The notes beneath the pieces are model-generated. The model saw only the letters and a program-made list of their open reading frames with translations. It ran no database searches and was not told the origin of the DNA. This document shows, piece after piece, positions 50,900-63,749 of a DNA stretch of 64,000 nt. Location of the stretch: contig NC_092375.1 of assembly GCF_030028105.1 (NCBI RefSeq), forward strand, positions 41,453,130-41,517,129, written 5' to 3'. A program made the translations under genes and the position numbers. The DNA comes from Mobula birostris. Lineage: Eukaryota. Every line of letters starts with the position of its first letter. Position 1 is the stretch's first letter.

Positions 50900-53650
50900 C
50901 TTCCTTTTCCTCCACCTTACATAAATGATGGCAGGATGTGGAACTAGAGAATGACCTTTAGGTAACGAGAGCCTCTTTTTGTAGTGCAGATGGTCACCAT
51001 CAAATAACCAGTGAAATGTTGTCTTTGAACTTACAGTACATTGATGGTTAATAGTAATACAAACATGGCCCAATGAAGGAAAAGCAGGGCCACAGGGTTG
51101 CAGATCTGGGCCCCCGGAAGCTGTTTGCAAACATCTTCCATTGCACTCTCGCAAGCCCATGTGTATGACAATTTTACAATCAATCCTTCCCTAACTACTT
51201 CCTGTTCACTGTCCACCAGATCTGTAAACGTTACCCATCCTATTCAGACCATTGTCATTGGACTGAACTATCCTACCAAAGGTGTTAACAGAAATAACCT
51301 TCTACACTTAAAATCTACCTCCCCTGTTGCACCACACCAGGCTAATCTATTTAGACTCGCTCTTCTAAATTTGAGATCCCTTTCAAGTAAGAGTTTTATC
51401 TTAAGTTATTTTATTACCTCTTCAGACCGCAATTTTATGTTCTTAACTGAGACCTGCTTAAAGCCAAATGAATATCTGAATGGTGTCTCCCCGACTATGA
51501 CAATTTCAGTGTACCAAGGCCCATTGGCTGAGGTGGCAAGATTGCCACCAAGTTCAAAAAGCATTTTAGTTGCAATCTACCGTCTGTCAACAATTTTTCA
51601 AGTTTTAAGGTACATATGTTTTAAAATTTGTAGTACAGACATTGTCCTCTGCGTCATCATTTATCGCTGTCCTAAATTCAGCGCCTGTTGACTACAACAG
51701 GATTCTCATCTCTGGCAATTTCAATATTCATATTAATTATCTCTCAAATGTGAACACTACGGCAGCTGAGTTCAGGAGCTTGCTGGATAACTCAAATCTT
51801 TCCCAGCGTGTCACTGAGCGCACCCGTTGACTTGGAAATAGTCATAGTCATACTTTATTGATCCCCGGGGAAACTGGTTTTTGTTACAGTTGCACCATAC
51901 ATAATAAATAGTAATAGAACCATAAACAGTTAAATAGTAATATGTAAATTATGCCTGTAAATTATGAAATAAGTCCAGGACCAGCCTATTGGCTCAGGGT
52001 GTCTGACCCTCCAAGGGAGGGGTTGTAAAGTTTGATGGCCACGGGCAGGAATGACTTCCTATGAAGCTCTGTGTTGCATCTCGGTGGAATGAGTCTCTGG
52101 CTGAATGTACTCCTGTGCCCACCCAGTACATCAGGTAGTGGATGGGAGATATTGACCAAGATGGCATGCAACTTAGACAGCATCCTCTTTTCAGACACCA
52201 CCGTCAGAGAGTCCAGTTCCATCCCCACAACATCACTGGCCTTACGAATGAGTTTGTTGATTCTGTTGGTGTCTGCTACCCTCAGCCTGCTGCCCCAGCA
52301 CACAACAGAAAACATGATAGCACTGGCCACCACAGGACTCGTAGAACATCCTCAGCATCGTCCGGCAGATGTTAAAGGACCTCAGTCTCCTCAGGAAATA
52401 GAGACGGCTCTGACCCTTCTTGTAGACAGCCTCAGTGTTCTTTGACCAGTTCAGTTTATTGTCAATTCAAGTGTTCTTTGACCGGTCCAGTTTATTGTAA
52501 ATTTGCTGCACTGGACTTAGTAATGACATAGGGGTTAAATATTATCAATGGCTCTCAGTCTGATACCAGTATCTCTGATCATTTCTCTGTGCTTTTTGAT
52601 ACCTCCTGCCTGTAACCAAGACCATGAAAAAATTGCAGTTTAAAAAATGGTTTCTTGATGATGCGGTGCAACTTAAATTCTCTGAGCTGGCTAGTTTATC
52701 TGACCCACCCAACCCAAACTGCTCAGTAAATAAAATGGCTGATTCTTTTAACAGTAACTTTGCAAATATTATTAAACACGGTGATTAAAAAGGGTTAAAT
52801 AGGGTTAAAAAGAAACCACCAAGCGAAGCGTTGCCATGGTTAAACAATTCTGTCCGCAAGTTCGAGAGGTCATGCAGAGAGGCTGAGAGAAAATGGAGGA
52901 AAACTGGGCTCAAGTCCACTGTAATATTTTCAAGGAAGAACTAGCCTCCTATAATGCTGCTATACACTCTGCAAGAAGAGCCCATTTTTCCAAGATATGT
53001 ACTCAGAAGCATCTGCCACAAAATGTGAGGAATTCACAATATTTTTAACAGTATGATTATCTCCATTAGGGAGAGTATAGCTACAGATACTGGTAACCCC
53101 TATAGTTAACCGTGTAAAAAGATGTCAACCAGGTCAAAATTTACACGTACTTCCAATTCAGAATATTATAATATTATAATGAAGCGTAAACTTGCTGGCT
53201 CAACCCTGTCCCTACCACAACACTTTAAAAAATTATTAACATTCCCGGCATCCATTATTAAGGGCCCCCATCACCCATGACCATTGATTTTAAAGTTTTC
53301 TTACTCGTTTTTAAAACTCTCAATGGTCTAGAACCAGAACACATCACTGAATCATTTTCATTTTATAATCTCGCTCCAGCTCTCAGGTCTTTTTCTGTCA
53401 TATTTCTTAAATTTAAACAATCTCCCTCAAAAGATAATTGGCAGGTTCTTTTTTGAACTATGCTCCTAAAATGTGGAACTCAATACTTAAAATCATTAGG
53501 GATGCAGACTCAATGAACACTTTTAAACACCAGGTCAAAACCTATTTATTTAACTTTGCATTTAACTAACATCTTTTTGTCTTTTATTTTCATGTTTGCA
53601 CCTTATTCCAAAGTAAAGCACTTTGAACTCCATTTTCTGTATGAAAAGTG
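50900..53650 (+). mobile_element. Degenerate L2 LINE (APE endonuclease to 3' end) with internal deletions
   Basis: RLALLNLRSLSSK, FLTET and ISGNFNIHIN. L2-like 3' end GTAAAGCACTTTGAACT...ATGAAAAGTG. Confidence 0.7.
51838..52505 (-). mobile_element. Rex1/Babar-like LINE 3' fragment nested in the L2
   Basis: VASAIMFSVVCWG...KSFLPVAIKLYN with a (GACTAT)n tail. Confidence 0.8.
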
Positions 53651-54943
53651 ACTCATGATCACATCTGACTGATTTGTGTTCAAAGCCAATATTAAAAACT
53701 CTTATGCTTTCTTTCTAATTGTTTTGCAATCTCTCGAGAGACACAATACACCCAAAGAAACTACAGATCAATGCAATATGACTTGATTTGTGCCAGTAAT
53801 TTCAATCGCATTACTGTTAAGTAATGAAACAAACAGATATACAGAACTGGGAGAAACAAGGTCTTGTATGGGTATACTGAGTTCTTGACACAGTAAAAAA
53901 TGGATTACAAAAAAATTAAACTGAAATGCAACTCAACAGAACTAGTACATAATATGAAGAGTATGACGTTCATTTTTTTTACAATGATACAAACATAGAA
54001 ACAAATGACCTTTTATTACATAGAGGCATTATTTTCTAATCTCAGCATCCCAACTTTGGCATGTCAGGGTCATTTCTCAATGCTTTACTCATTTTCTCTA
54101 TGTTGCCTTGTTGATCAGAACAATCATCAGAATAACGGTTGCCAACAATATGCCGTTTTGCTGTAAACTTCAAATCAGCTAACACCTAGCACATGGTAGC
54201 AGTGAAATGTGTATCAGCAGCTGGTTTAAAAAAGGCAAGAACTCTATAGAGAGAAAAATGAGGTTTCAGGCTTTCCTGGCCTCACCACCTCACTAAAGAA
54301 TCTAAAGTTTCATCCACTGTTGCTATCAATTTCCACCATGCTCTCACCATTACTGGGTTGTCTTCCAACTCTTCCCTTCTTTTCCTTAACTTTACTCCGT
54401 TTCAGAGGAGAGGTTAACATCTTGCGGCCATTACTAACACATGGAATCCCACTGTTAACCTGGCTACAGTTCCTCCCACTCTGCTCCTTGCAAGCACAAT
54501 GTTCTATTCTCCCAGTCTGTCCACTACAACTGTTCTAGTGGTGTTTCCATCCACATAATGCTTCTGATCAATCATTTTTTTTTTTGCTCATCCAGTATGA
54601 TCAGTACAGCTCTCAATAGTGTCTATTCCGTTGCCTACACGCCTGGTCTCACTGTCACTCATCACATCAGAATACAGATGGGGTCCTCCTTATTATCACC
54701 TTCCATGCTTGCAGCCTCCACATTCAATAGGTCACCTTATAACTTCTGGTACCTAGTACCAAAATGTTCCTCTACACTACCCTGCTCTCCAGAACTGGCA
54801 GACTCACTTTTCCATCACCAACTATACCAATCATTACTATAGAAATTGCAGAGATTCAACACCAGCCCTTTAACGTCCCACTTTTTGTCAGCTAAGGCTC
54901 TAAACACTCATTGCAGATGAAACAGCTCACTTTTCTTTATTTC

Positions 54944-55159
54944 TAGATTAAAATTCAAGTGTTCATAAGACTGATGGCATATGGAAAGAAACTGTTCTTG
55001 TACCCATTTGTCCTGGCATACAGTGATCTAAAGCGCCTACCTGTTCCAACTCCTTCCTTCTGGTAGGCACTTCAGATCACTGTATGCCAGGACAAATAGG
55101 TACAAGGACAGTTTCTTTCCGTATGCCATCAGTCTTATGAACATTTGAATTTTAGTCTA
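54944..55159. repeat. Inverted repeat: 98-bp arms, 20-nt spacer (fold-back of a LINE 3' end)
   Basis: 54944-55041 is the reverse complement of 55062-55159 with 7 mismatches. The right arm continues into a LINE-type tail AATAAAG(GATTCT)n to about 55340. Confidence 0.92.
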
Positions 55160-55544
55160 TTATAAACCAAGTCCACCTGTACATACACAGGTATACCTCA
55201 TTGTATATAGTTCACGATTATTTGCACTATTGTTTTGTTTGCTTTTTGATTCTGTACAGCGAGAGCTCACGGAAACTGGCATCAAATTCCCTGTATGGAT
55301 CCACATACTTGGTGATAATAAAGGATTCTGATTCTGATTCCTATTTGACACACTGCAACCGATACTTAAAACGTGGCCTCCACACTGGGGAAACCAAATG
55401 CACAGTCCAAAACTGCTGTCAGAACTTTGTAAGTTTCAACTTGATCCTTTCTCATTCTTCTAAACTGAAGTGAATACAAAATTATTGGACTTAATCACAC
55501 CTCATACAGAATTACTGCCATCCCAAGAATCAAAGTTCAAACTA

Positions 55545-56260
55545 GAGTGGATTCCTGCTAATTGGGCTATCGGTTATTATTTGGGACACTACGCTGCTTA
55601 AATGAGGGAGGAGACTGTTGCCAAACAATTTCTAACCAATGGCAGCCGCTTGCAGTTGCGTGGCTGTTTAGACACTACACTGTACTTCGAGTGAACAGTT
55701 TTAAAGTGTCAGTTGTGCATGATTGTGTTCAAAAAGCAGCAATTTTTGTCACTGATAGTTGGCAAGAAATAAGCAGTAAGACAATTCAGAACTGTTTTGC
55801 TCACTTCAGTTTCAAGCATTCAGGTTTGGAGATGCCAGAGACGGCAGGAGTTAAAATGAAACAATTTTACTTCAACAAGTTAAGAACTACAAAGAATTTG
55901 AAGGTATCAACAATCACCTTTAAAGTTACAATGAAAACAAAGATTTGGAAGATTGCTTTGACAGCACTGTGTGAAGGCAGTCTATTATCTGCACTAGGTA
56001 TCTGTGCTGATTTTAAGTCAAAAGAACACGATGCACATAAATTCCTCTGTTGGTAAGTATTAGGAACTAATACACTGTTTTATCATACTGTAGTATTAAT
56101 AGTGCTCTAATTTGTTCTGATTTCATTTAAGTGCATAATTTGTTACTCAGATTGTCTTTTTCAAATCTTTTAAACTATTTCCATGAAATTTCAGCTAATT
56201 GGAACAGCCACATAAAAAATGTACTGGTCTGCATGTATCCCAAGTAACCAGAGTCCACTG
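55545..56260 (+). mobile_element. Pogo/Tigger-like deleted DNA transposon
   Basis: TA|GAGTGGATTC ... GAGTCCACTG|TA termini. SWQEISSKTIQNCFAH resembles the Tigger C-terminal motif. Confidence 0.75.
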
Positions 56261-56264
56261 TACT

Positions 56265-56830
56265 TCAAGGTAACTTTATTACCAAAGTACATATATGTCA
56301 CAGTATACTACACTGAGATTCATTTATTGCAGGTATTGACAGTAGAACAAAGAAATACAATAGAATTAAAGACAAATTACACACAAAGACTGACAATCAA
56401 CCAATGTGCAAAAGACAACCTGTGCAAAATAAATAAATAAATAATGACAACTTGAGTTATAGAGTTCTTGAAAGTGAGTCTATTGGTTAATGAATCATTT
56501 CACAGTTGAGGTACTTGAAGTTAACCACTCTGGTTCAGGAGCCCGGTAGTTGCAGGGTACAACTTTTCCTGAACCTGGTAGTGAGGGACCTAAGGCTCCT
56601 TCACCTCCTTCCCAATGGCAGCAACAAGAACAGAACATGGCCTGGATAGTGGTGGTCATTGAAGATAGACACTGCTTTCTTGTGGCAGTGCTCCTTTAAG
56701 TGTGCTCAACTGTGAGGAGGCCTTTGTCTGTAATGGACTGGGCTGTATCCACCACTTTGTAGGCTTTTCCGTCCTTGGGCATTGGTGTTTCCATGCCAGG
56801 CTGAGATACAATCAGTCAGTACCTGAAGAT
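56265..56830 (-). mobile_element. Old Rex/L2-like LINE 3' fragment
   Basis: Typical 3' segment (GTTCAGGAGCC..., CCTGAACCTGGT..., CTTTATT tail). Confidence 0.55.
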
Positions 56831-57283
56831 TACCTTCAGTCCGGCCTGCTGAGTATCGCCAACTTTTTGAGGTTTCATTTCAGATTTTCCTTTTTGTGTT
56901 TTTTGCAGCTTTGATTTTTTTACATACTTGCACACGTCTCTAACTATTCCTGAATCGGACGAAAGGTCATTGACCTGAAACATATGAATAACTTCTTTCT
57001 CCACAGACACCCCCCCCCCCCAACTCCCCACCCTCAGCCTTTGCCAGTGACCTGTCGAGGGTCGAATGCACGGCACGGGGTGAGCGCTCAGCTACTGCCG
57101 CCGCCGCCGCCACACACGGTGCTCAGCCCGCGGCGGCCGCTGCCGTCCCGTGAAGGGCGCACGCCGCTAAAGCGGCGGGCATCAGCCCCAGTGTCACTGA
57201 TGTATGCTGATCTCGGTCCCGGGGTAGGCCACCTCCCTCATTACCTACTCTCTTATTCACACCCTCCCCTCTTCCCTCCTCAC

Positions 57284-57334
57284 CTGAAATTCCGAGAAAT
57301 CCTGGCAACTCGGCTCCTCTCTGGGGGCCGCCAT
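57284..57334 (-). CDS. MIX23: MIX23/CCDC58 exon 1 (spliced protein 17+42+49+20+16 = 144 aa)
   Basis: aagATGGCG...CAG|gtgagg. Encodes MAAPREEPSCQDFSEFQ. All introns are phase 0. Confidence 0.95.
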
Positions 57335-57743
57335 CTTCCCGCCGCCGCTTCAGGACCCGAGCCGAGCCAAATTGTCCTGTTCACCGCCTGTGCTCTATGC
57401 AGCCATCGATAGGATTTTAACCCCAGGGAGAACATCGCAAACCCCACCAACAAACTTATTTCAGATTTTTATTAAATGTTATCAATGCCGGCGGATCGAC
57501 AGGTTATATTTACTTATAATTAACACGGTATTACTCCTGCAATCCTCTATCTCTCATGGCCGTCCTCCAGCACGGCAGCGATTTCACAACAAATATGTAG
57601 ATAATACTTTTAATGTGGGTAACAAATCATAATCGTGTTCGTAGGTTGCCGTTGTGTGGTTTATGGCAGTGAGCAGGCGGACTCGGTCGCGCCGGGCGGG
57701 GGCCTTCCCATGACGTACCGTGGTGGGGCGGGGCCGGGCCGGG

Positions 57744-57924
57744 ATGTGGAGTGCGGCGTCGGTCAGGCGTGTGGTGACGGCTGTGGGGGCCTCCGCCTGC
57801 AGGAGGCTCCCGGAGTTTGCGACGAAACAGAAGCCGGTTGTTCGGCGGAGTGGGCGCTGGTTTTCCAGTATCCCGAAGGAGAGTGGAAAGCCCGAGCGGA
57901 ATGGAGAAGTGGCAGTGCGGGAAG
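57744..57924 (+). CDS. FAM162A: Probable FAM162-family first coding exon (mitochondrial presequence-like); remainder not found in the window
   Basis: gggATGT...GAAG|gtgaag. Encodes MWSAASVRRVVTAVGASACRRLPEFATKQKPVVRRSGRWFSS..., Arg/Ser/Ala-rich. Identity is inferred mainly from head-to-head synteny with CCDC58; the conserved domain exons were not seen. Confidence 0.6.
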
Positions 57925-58099
57925 GTGAAGGACAAATGGGCGGCGACTGGATCGGGGCATGGAGGGGTGCGACATGTTGGGGGAGAGAGGGGTCTCGGTG
58001 TGCAGATAGGGTGTAATCGAAGTGGGTGGCCATCAGGAGATCATGGCTGTTGTAGCAGATTGTTGCTCCAGAAAGAAGTCTCTTAATCTGCGTTGGGAG

Positions 58100-60616
58100 T
58101 CGGCCTCTCGACTTCACACCTTGTTTCCATTCCAAGCTCACCCTTCCGAACGCTCTGCTCTCCACTCCCTCCGCACTAATCCTAACCTTACTATAAAACC
58201 CGCTGATAAGGGCGGTGCTGTTGTAGTCTAACGCACTGACTTCTACCTTGCTGAGGCACAGCGACAACTCACGGATACCTCCTCTTATTTACCCCTCGAT
58301 CATGACCCCACTAAGGAGCACCAGGCCAAATTGTCTCCCACACCATCACCAACTTTATCCGCTCAGGGTATCTCCCATTCACTGCTACCAACCTTATAGT
58401 TCCCACACCTCGCACTTCCCGTTTCTACCTCCTACCCAAGATCCACAAACCTGCCTGTCCAGGTAGACCCACAGTCTCAGCTTGCTCCTGCCCCACCGAA
58501 CTCATTTCTGCATACCTCGACACTGTTTTATCTCCCCTTGTTCAATCCCTTCCCACCTATGTTCGTGACTCTTCTCACGCTCTGAATTTTTTCAATGATT
58601 TTAAGTTCCCTGGCCCCTACCGCTTTATTTTCACCTTGGATGTCCAGTCCCTATATACCTCCATCCCCCACCAGGAAGGTCTCAAAGCCCTCCGCTTCTT
58701 TTTGGATTCCAGACTGTGGTAAACTATGTATATAGGTTGTAACTGGGTTACCTGTCTGGACACGCCCCTCTGCTGACTGCTCCTGTGGCTCCTCCCACAG
58801 ACCCCTGAATAAAGGCGATTGTGTCACTGCTCCTCCCACAGTCCAGGACAGATACTCAGCATGGATGTGGATCCATTTTACTGTAAATAAAAGCCTTTCA
58901 GTATTTTCCCTACTTCCAGTCTTTTGGAGTAATTGATAGTGCATCACAGACCTAACCAGTTCCCCTCTACCACCACTCTCCTCCATCTAGTAGAATTAGT
59001 CCTTACTCTTAATAATTTCTCCTTTGGCTCCTCCCACTTCCTCCAAATTAAAGGTGTAGCCATGGCACCAGTATGGGTCCCAGCTATGCCTGCCTTTTTG
59101 TTGGCTTTGTGGAACAATCCATGTTCCAAGTCTATACTGGTATCCGTCCCCCACTTTTCCTTCGCTACATCGACGAATGCATTGGCGCTGCTTCCTGCAT
59201 GCATGCTGAGCTCATTAACTTCGCCTCCAACTTTCACCCTGCCCTCAAGTTTACCTGGTCCATTTCCGAAACCTCCCTCCCCTTTCTTGATCTTTCGGTC
59301 TCTATGTCTGGAGACAGCTTATCTACTGATGTCTACTATAAGCCTATGGACTCTCACAACTACCTGGGCTATTCCTCTTCCCACCCTGTCTCTTGCAAAA
59401 ATGCCATCCCCTTCTTGCAATTCCTCCGTCTCCGCTGCATCTGCTCTCAGGATGAGGCTATTCATTCCAGGACGAAGGAGATGTCCTCTTTTTAAAGAAA
59501 GGTGCTTCCCTTCCTCCCCCATTTCATGCACATCTGTTCTCACCCCATCTTCCTGCCACCCCACTAGGAATAGGGATCCCCTTGTCCTCACCTGCCACCC
59601 CACCAGCCTCCAGGCTCAACATATAATTCTCCGTAACTTCCGCTACCTCCAACGGGATCCCACCACCAAGCACATCTTTCCCTCCCCCCTCTTTCTGCTT
59701 TCCACAGGGATCGCTCTCTACGCGATCCCCTTGTCCATTCGTCCCCCCCATCCCTTCCCACCGATCTCCCTCCCGGCACTTATCCTTGTAAGCGGAACAA
59801 GTGCTACATATGCCCTTACACTTCCTCCCTCACCACCATTCAGGGCCCCAGACAGTCCTTCCAGGTGAGGCGACACTTCACCTTTGAGTCAGCTGGGGTG
59901 ATACACTGCGTCCAGTGCTCCTGATGCGGCCTTCTATATATTGGCGAGACCTGACGCAGGCTGGGAGATCTTTTTCGCTGAATACCTACGCTCTGTCCTC
60001 TAGAGAAAGCAGGATCTCCCAGTGGCCACACATTTTAATTCCACGTCCCATTCCCATTCTGATATGTCTACCCACGGCCTCCTCTACTGTCAAGATGAAG
60101 CCACACTCAGGTTGGAGGAACAACACCTTATATTCCGTCTGGGTATCTTCCAACCTGATGGGATGAACATTGACTTCTCTAATTTCCGCTGATGCCCCAC
60201 CTCCCCCTCGTACCCCATCCCTTATTTATTTATTCCCCTTTTTTTCTCTCTTTTTTCTCCCTCTGTCCCTCTCACTGTACTCCTTGCCCATCCTCTGGGT
60301 TCCCCCCCTCTTTCTTTCTCCCTAGTCCTCCCATCCCATGATCCTCTCCCTTCTCCAGCCTCGTATCCCTTTTGCCAATCAACTTCCCAGCTCTTAGCTC
60401 CATCCCTCCCCCTCCTGTCTTCGCCTATCATTTCGGATCACCCCCTCCCCCTTTCAAATCTCTTACTATCTCTTCTTTCAGTTAGTTCTGACGGAGGGTC
60501 TCGGCCCGAAATGTTGACTGTACCTCTTCCTACAGATGCTGCCTGGCCTGCTGCGTTCACCAGCATTTTTTGTATGTGTTGCTTGAATTTCCAGCATCTG
60601 CAGATTTCCTCGTGTT
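58100..60616 (+). mobile_element. Penelope-like element (RT, GIY-YIG endonuclease, terminal repeat), frameshifted
   Basis: TIKPADKGGAVVV, MGPSYACLF, FLRYIDE, LPFLDL and YIGET motifs. Degenerate hammerhead at 60483-60520. Confidence 0.9.
58715..58948 (+). mobile_element. Short solo-LTR-like insert (234 bp) within the Penelope
   Basis: TGTGGT...ATCACA termini, duplicated (A)GAC target, internal AATAAA. Interrupts the Penelope RT. Confidence 0.7.
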
Positions 60617-60879
60617 TGCGTGATGTAGAGGAGTACCTGGCGATAGCATCAGAACTAGTCATTGATTCTCAACGTGGGACCACAGGAGTGTTTGAATGGA
60701 CCATGAGAAGTTTATTGCCTTAATGAACTAATACTAAAATATATGAATTAATATTAATATATAATTAATTGAAATCCTGAATGAGATGAATAGGAAAATA
60801 TGCTGATTATGCAAATGAGGTTGCAAACCGGTTGTGTGAGGGTAGGGTTTAGGGGGTGGCATATCAATCGTTATCTCAG

Positions 60880-62780
60880 GGGCAGTACACACAAAGTGCT
60901 GCAGGAGCTCAGTGGACCAGGCAATATCCACGATAGGAATAAACAGCCGACGTTTTGGGCTGAGACCCTTCATTGGGACGGGAATGGAATGGGGAAAATG
61001 TTAGAACAAAGAAGATGGGGGTAGGGGAGGAAACCGGGAGAGGGAGAGGGGTGAAGTAAAGAGCTGCGAAGAGATACAGGGCTGGAGAAGGGGGAATTTG
61101 ATAGGAGGGGACAGGAGACCATGGGAGAAAGGGAAGAGGAAAAATCACCAGAGAAATTTGATAGACAGGTAAGAAGAGACAAATGTGAGAGGGAAACAAT
61201 GGGGAATGGTGAAGGTCAGAAGTTTGAGAAATGCCATCAGATTAGAGGCGACACAGACCGAGTACAAGGTGTTGTTCCTCCAGCCTGAGCATGGCCTCAT
61301 TGCAGCAGGAGATCATGGACTGACATGCTGGAATGGGAAGTGGAATTGAAATGGGTGGCCACCAGGAAATCCTGCTATTTGTGTTGTATGGAGTGAAGGT
61401 GTTTGATGAATTGGTCTCCCAATCTGCTTTGGGTCTCACCAATATACAGGTGGCCACATCAGGAGCACTGGATACAGTAGATGTCCCCACAGACTCACAG
61501 TGTGTCTGTGAGAAGTGTCACCTTATTTGGAGGGACTGTTTGGGGCCCTGAATGTTTGTGACCAAGGAGGTGTAGGGGGAGGTGTGGCACTTGTTTCACT
61601 TGCAAGGATGAGTGCCAGGAGCAGAGGTGTGCTAAATGGAGGAGATGCAGGTGAGGGCAGTGTTGATGGTAGAGGAAGGGAAGCCCCTTTCTTTGGAGGA
61701 GGACATGTCAGTTGTTCTAGAATGAGAAGTGTCATACTGAGAACAGATCTGGCAGGGACAGAGGAACTAGGAAAAGGGATTGGCATTTTTAGAACTTTCA
61801 GGGTGGGAAGAGGTATAATCAAAGTTGCTGTGAGATCCAGTGGGTTTATATAAAAAAAAAATCAGTAGATAGACTGTCTCCAGAGACAGATTGAGAAAGG
61901 GGAGAGAGGTGTCAGAAATAGATCAAGTAAATTTGAGGGCAATGTGGAAGTTGGAGGCAAAGTTGATGACATTGATGAGTTTAGCACTGGTGTAGGAAGC
62001 AACACCAATGCAGTCATCAATATAGCATAGGAAGAGCTGGGAAGTGATGCTGGTGTAGGCTTGGAACATGGACTGTGCCACACAGCCGACAAAAATGCAG
62101 GCATAGCTGCGATACATGCGAGTACCCCCTTCCCATCCTACACTTGTAAAAAAACCATTCCCTTTTCCCAGTAGTTCCTCCATCTCTGCCGCACCTGTTC
62201 TCAATATGAGGTTTTTCATTCTAGAACAACTGAGATGGTCCTCCTCCTTCTAAGAAAGGGGCTTCCCTTCCCCTACCATCAAGGCAGCCCTTACCTCCTC
62301 CCACCGTCACACCAGGGATAGGGTTCCTCTTGTCCTCGCCTACCACCCTACAAGCCTGCACACTCACCACACAATTCTCTGTAACTTCCAACAGAATCCT
62401 ACCACCAAGCACATCTTTCCCTTCCCCCTCCCCATTTTCTGCTTTCTGCAGGGATTTCTCTCTGCATAGCTCCCTTGTCCCTCTCCACTAATCTCCCCCT
62501 GGCACTTATCCTTGCAAGCAGAATAAGTTCCACACTTGCACCTACACCTCTTCTCTCACTACCATTCAGGCCCCAAACAGTCATTCCATTGCCTCTGTCC
62601 TCTCCTATTAAATTCCCCCTTCTCCAGCCCTGTATCTTTTCACCAAATAACTTCCCAGTTCTTTACTTCACCCCTCACTCCTCCCAGTTTCACTGATCAC
62701 CTTGTGTTTCTTCCTTTCCTCTGCCCACCTTCTTTTCCTCCTCCAGTCCTGCCGAGATCCTCAGCATTGTGTGTTGTTTA
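60880..62780. mobile_element. Older rearranged Penelope fragments (minus about 60880-62125, plus about 62130-62780)
   Basis: RSYACIFVG, FLCYIDDCIG and NFASNFH on -. The overlapping region is repeated on +. Confidence 0.8.
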
Positions 62781-62789
62781 ATTACCATA

Positions 62790-63470
62790 TCTTGAAAAGA
62801 AATTGAATTTGCATTTCTTGATGTCTTGTAGCATTTGAAAGTGATAAGCCTCTTGGAGAAGAAATTGTCTCTGCTGTCTGACACACTTTACCTGCCGGAT
62901 GTTTTTAAAAACTATTAAAAAGTGACAAGAGGGGATAAAAGTTTTCAGATCATGTAAAGAGGCCTGTACCGCTTTCCTTGGAATAGTCAAACTTTTCAGC
63001 AGCAATATTGGGCATTATGAGTTTATGCAATTTCCTTCACAATTGCAAGATAATGATCTGATTGTATATCTTGATCATTTGAAACACACTGACATGGAAC
63101 TTGGGTTCAGAGACTTGGGTGCATTTTCCAGGTGGGTGGTAGATTCATTTGGGCTGAATGTGAATGATGTTGACACCACATTGAGCTGTAGGGTGATATA
63201 AGAGCTCAGACAAAATTTAAATGTAGCAAACAGAATTTCTGGATAACTGTTGACATTCAAAATAAATTTCCACAGCTCTGGCAGAAAGCAAAGTTGTTTT
63301 CAATTGGATTTCCGATCTCTTATCTAGTTAAGCTCTTCACCTACTATCAAGAGCTCATAACCATCTTAATGTTGTAAAAAGAGGAGCTCTTCAATTATCT
63401 TTCACTAAGTTGCAACCAGATATTCAAAAACCTGCTAGTTTGCATCAGTCACAAGGATCTCACTAAATAC
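62790..63470 (+). mobile_element. hAT (Buster/Charlie-like) transposase remnant
   Basis: Frameshifted translation gives FMQFPS..., VYLDHLK and a C-terminal TKLQPDIQKPASLHQSQGSH*, resembling Buster-type transposase ends. Confidence 0.6.
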
Positions 63471-63749
63471 CCAAAGTGACAATATTAAGTGATTTTTCGT
63501 TGCAGACTGGAAGAATATTATATATAAGTATCCTATTCAGAGCTTTTAAATAGTTTAGTATTTTGTATACACCTGTAAGCATATTTAACACACCTGTAAT
63601 CTGTTAAAACATAAATATTGACTATATTAGAATTATTAGTACAGTTGACCAAACAAAATGTTAACAACTAATAGAGACTATGGAGGATGGGGGACCACAG
63701 AGGTAAATAGAAGTCGCAAGTGGGGAACAAGCACAGAACCCTAATGCAA

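Larger units (their letters stand above)
57050..57960. promoter_or_regulatory. CpG island and bidirectional promoter (MIX23 / FAM162-like)
   Basis: High GC and CpG density in an otherwise CpG-poor window. Divergent ATGs 410 bp apart. GC boxes (GGGCGG at about 57695 and 57726) and CRE-like TGACGT at 57711. Confidence 0.8.

Noticed and set aside
57584-58267. 227-aa minus-strand ORF and other long ORFs over the CpG island
   Set aside because: Stop-poor GC-rich sequence plus antisense Penelope; no coherent protein.
62790-63470. FAM162 exon 2 or another host exon
   Set aside because: No FAM162 conserved motif was found. The frameshifted translation fits a hAT transposase C-terminus.
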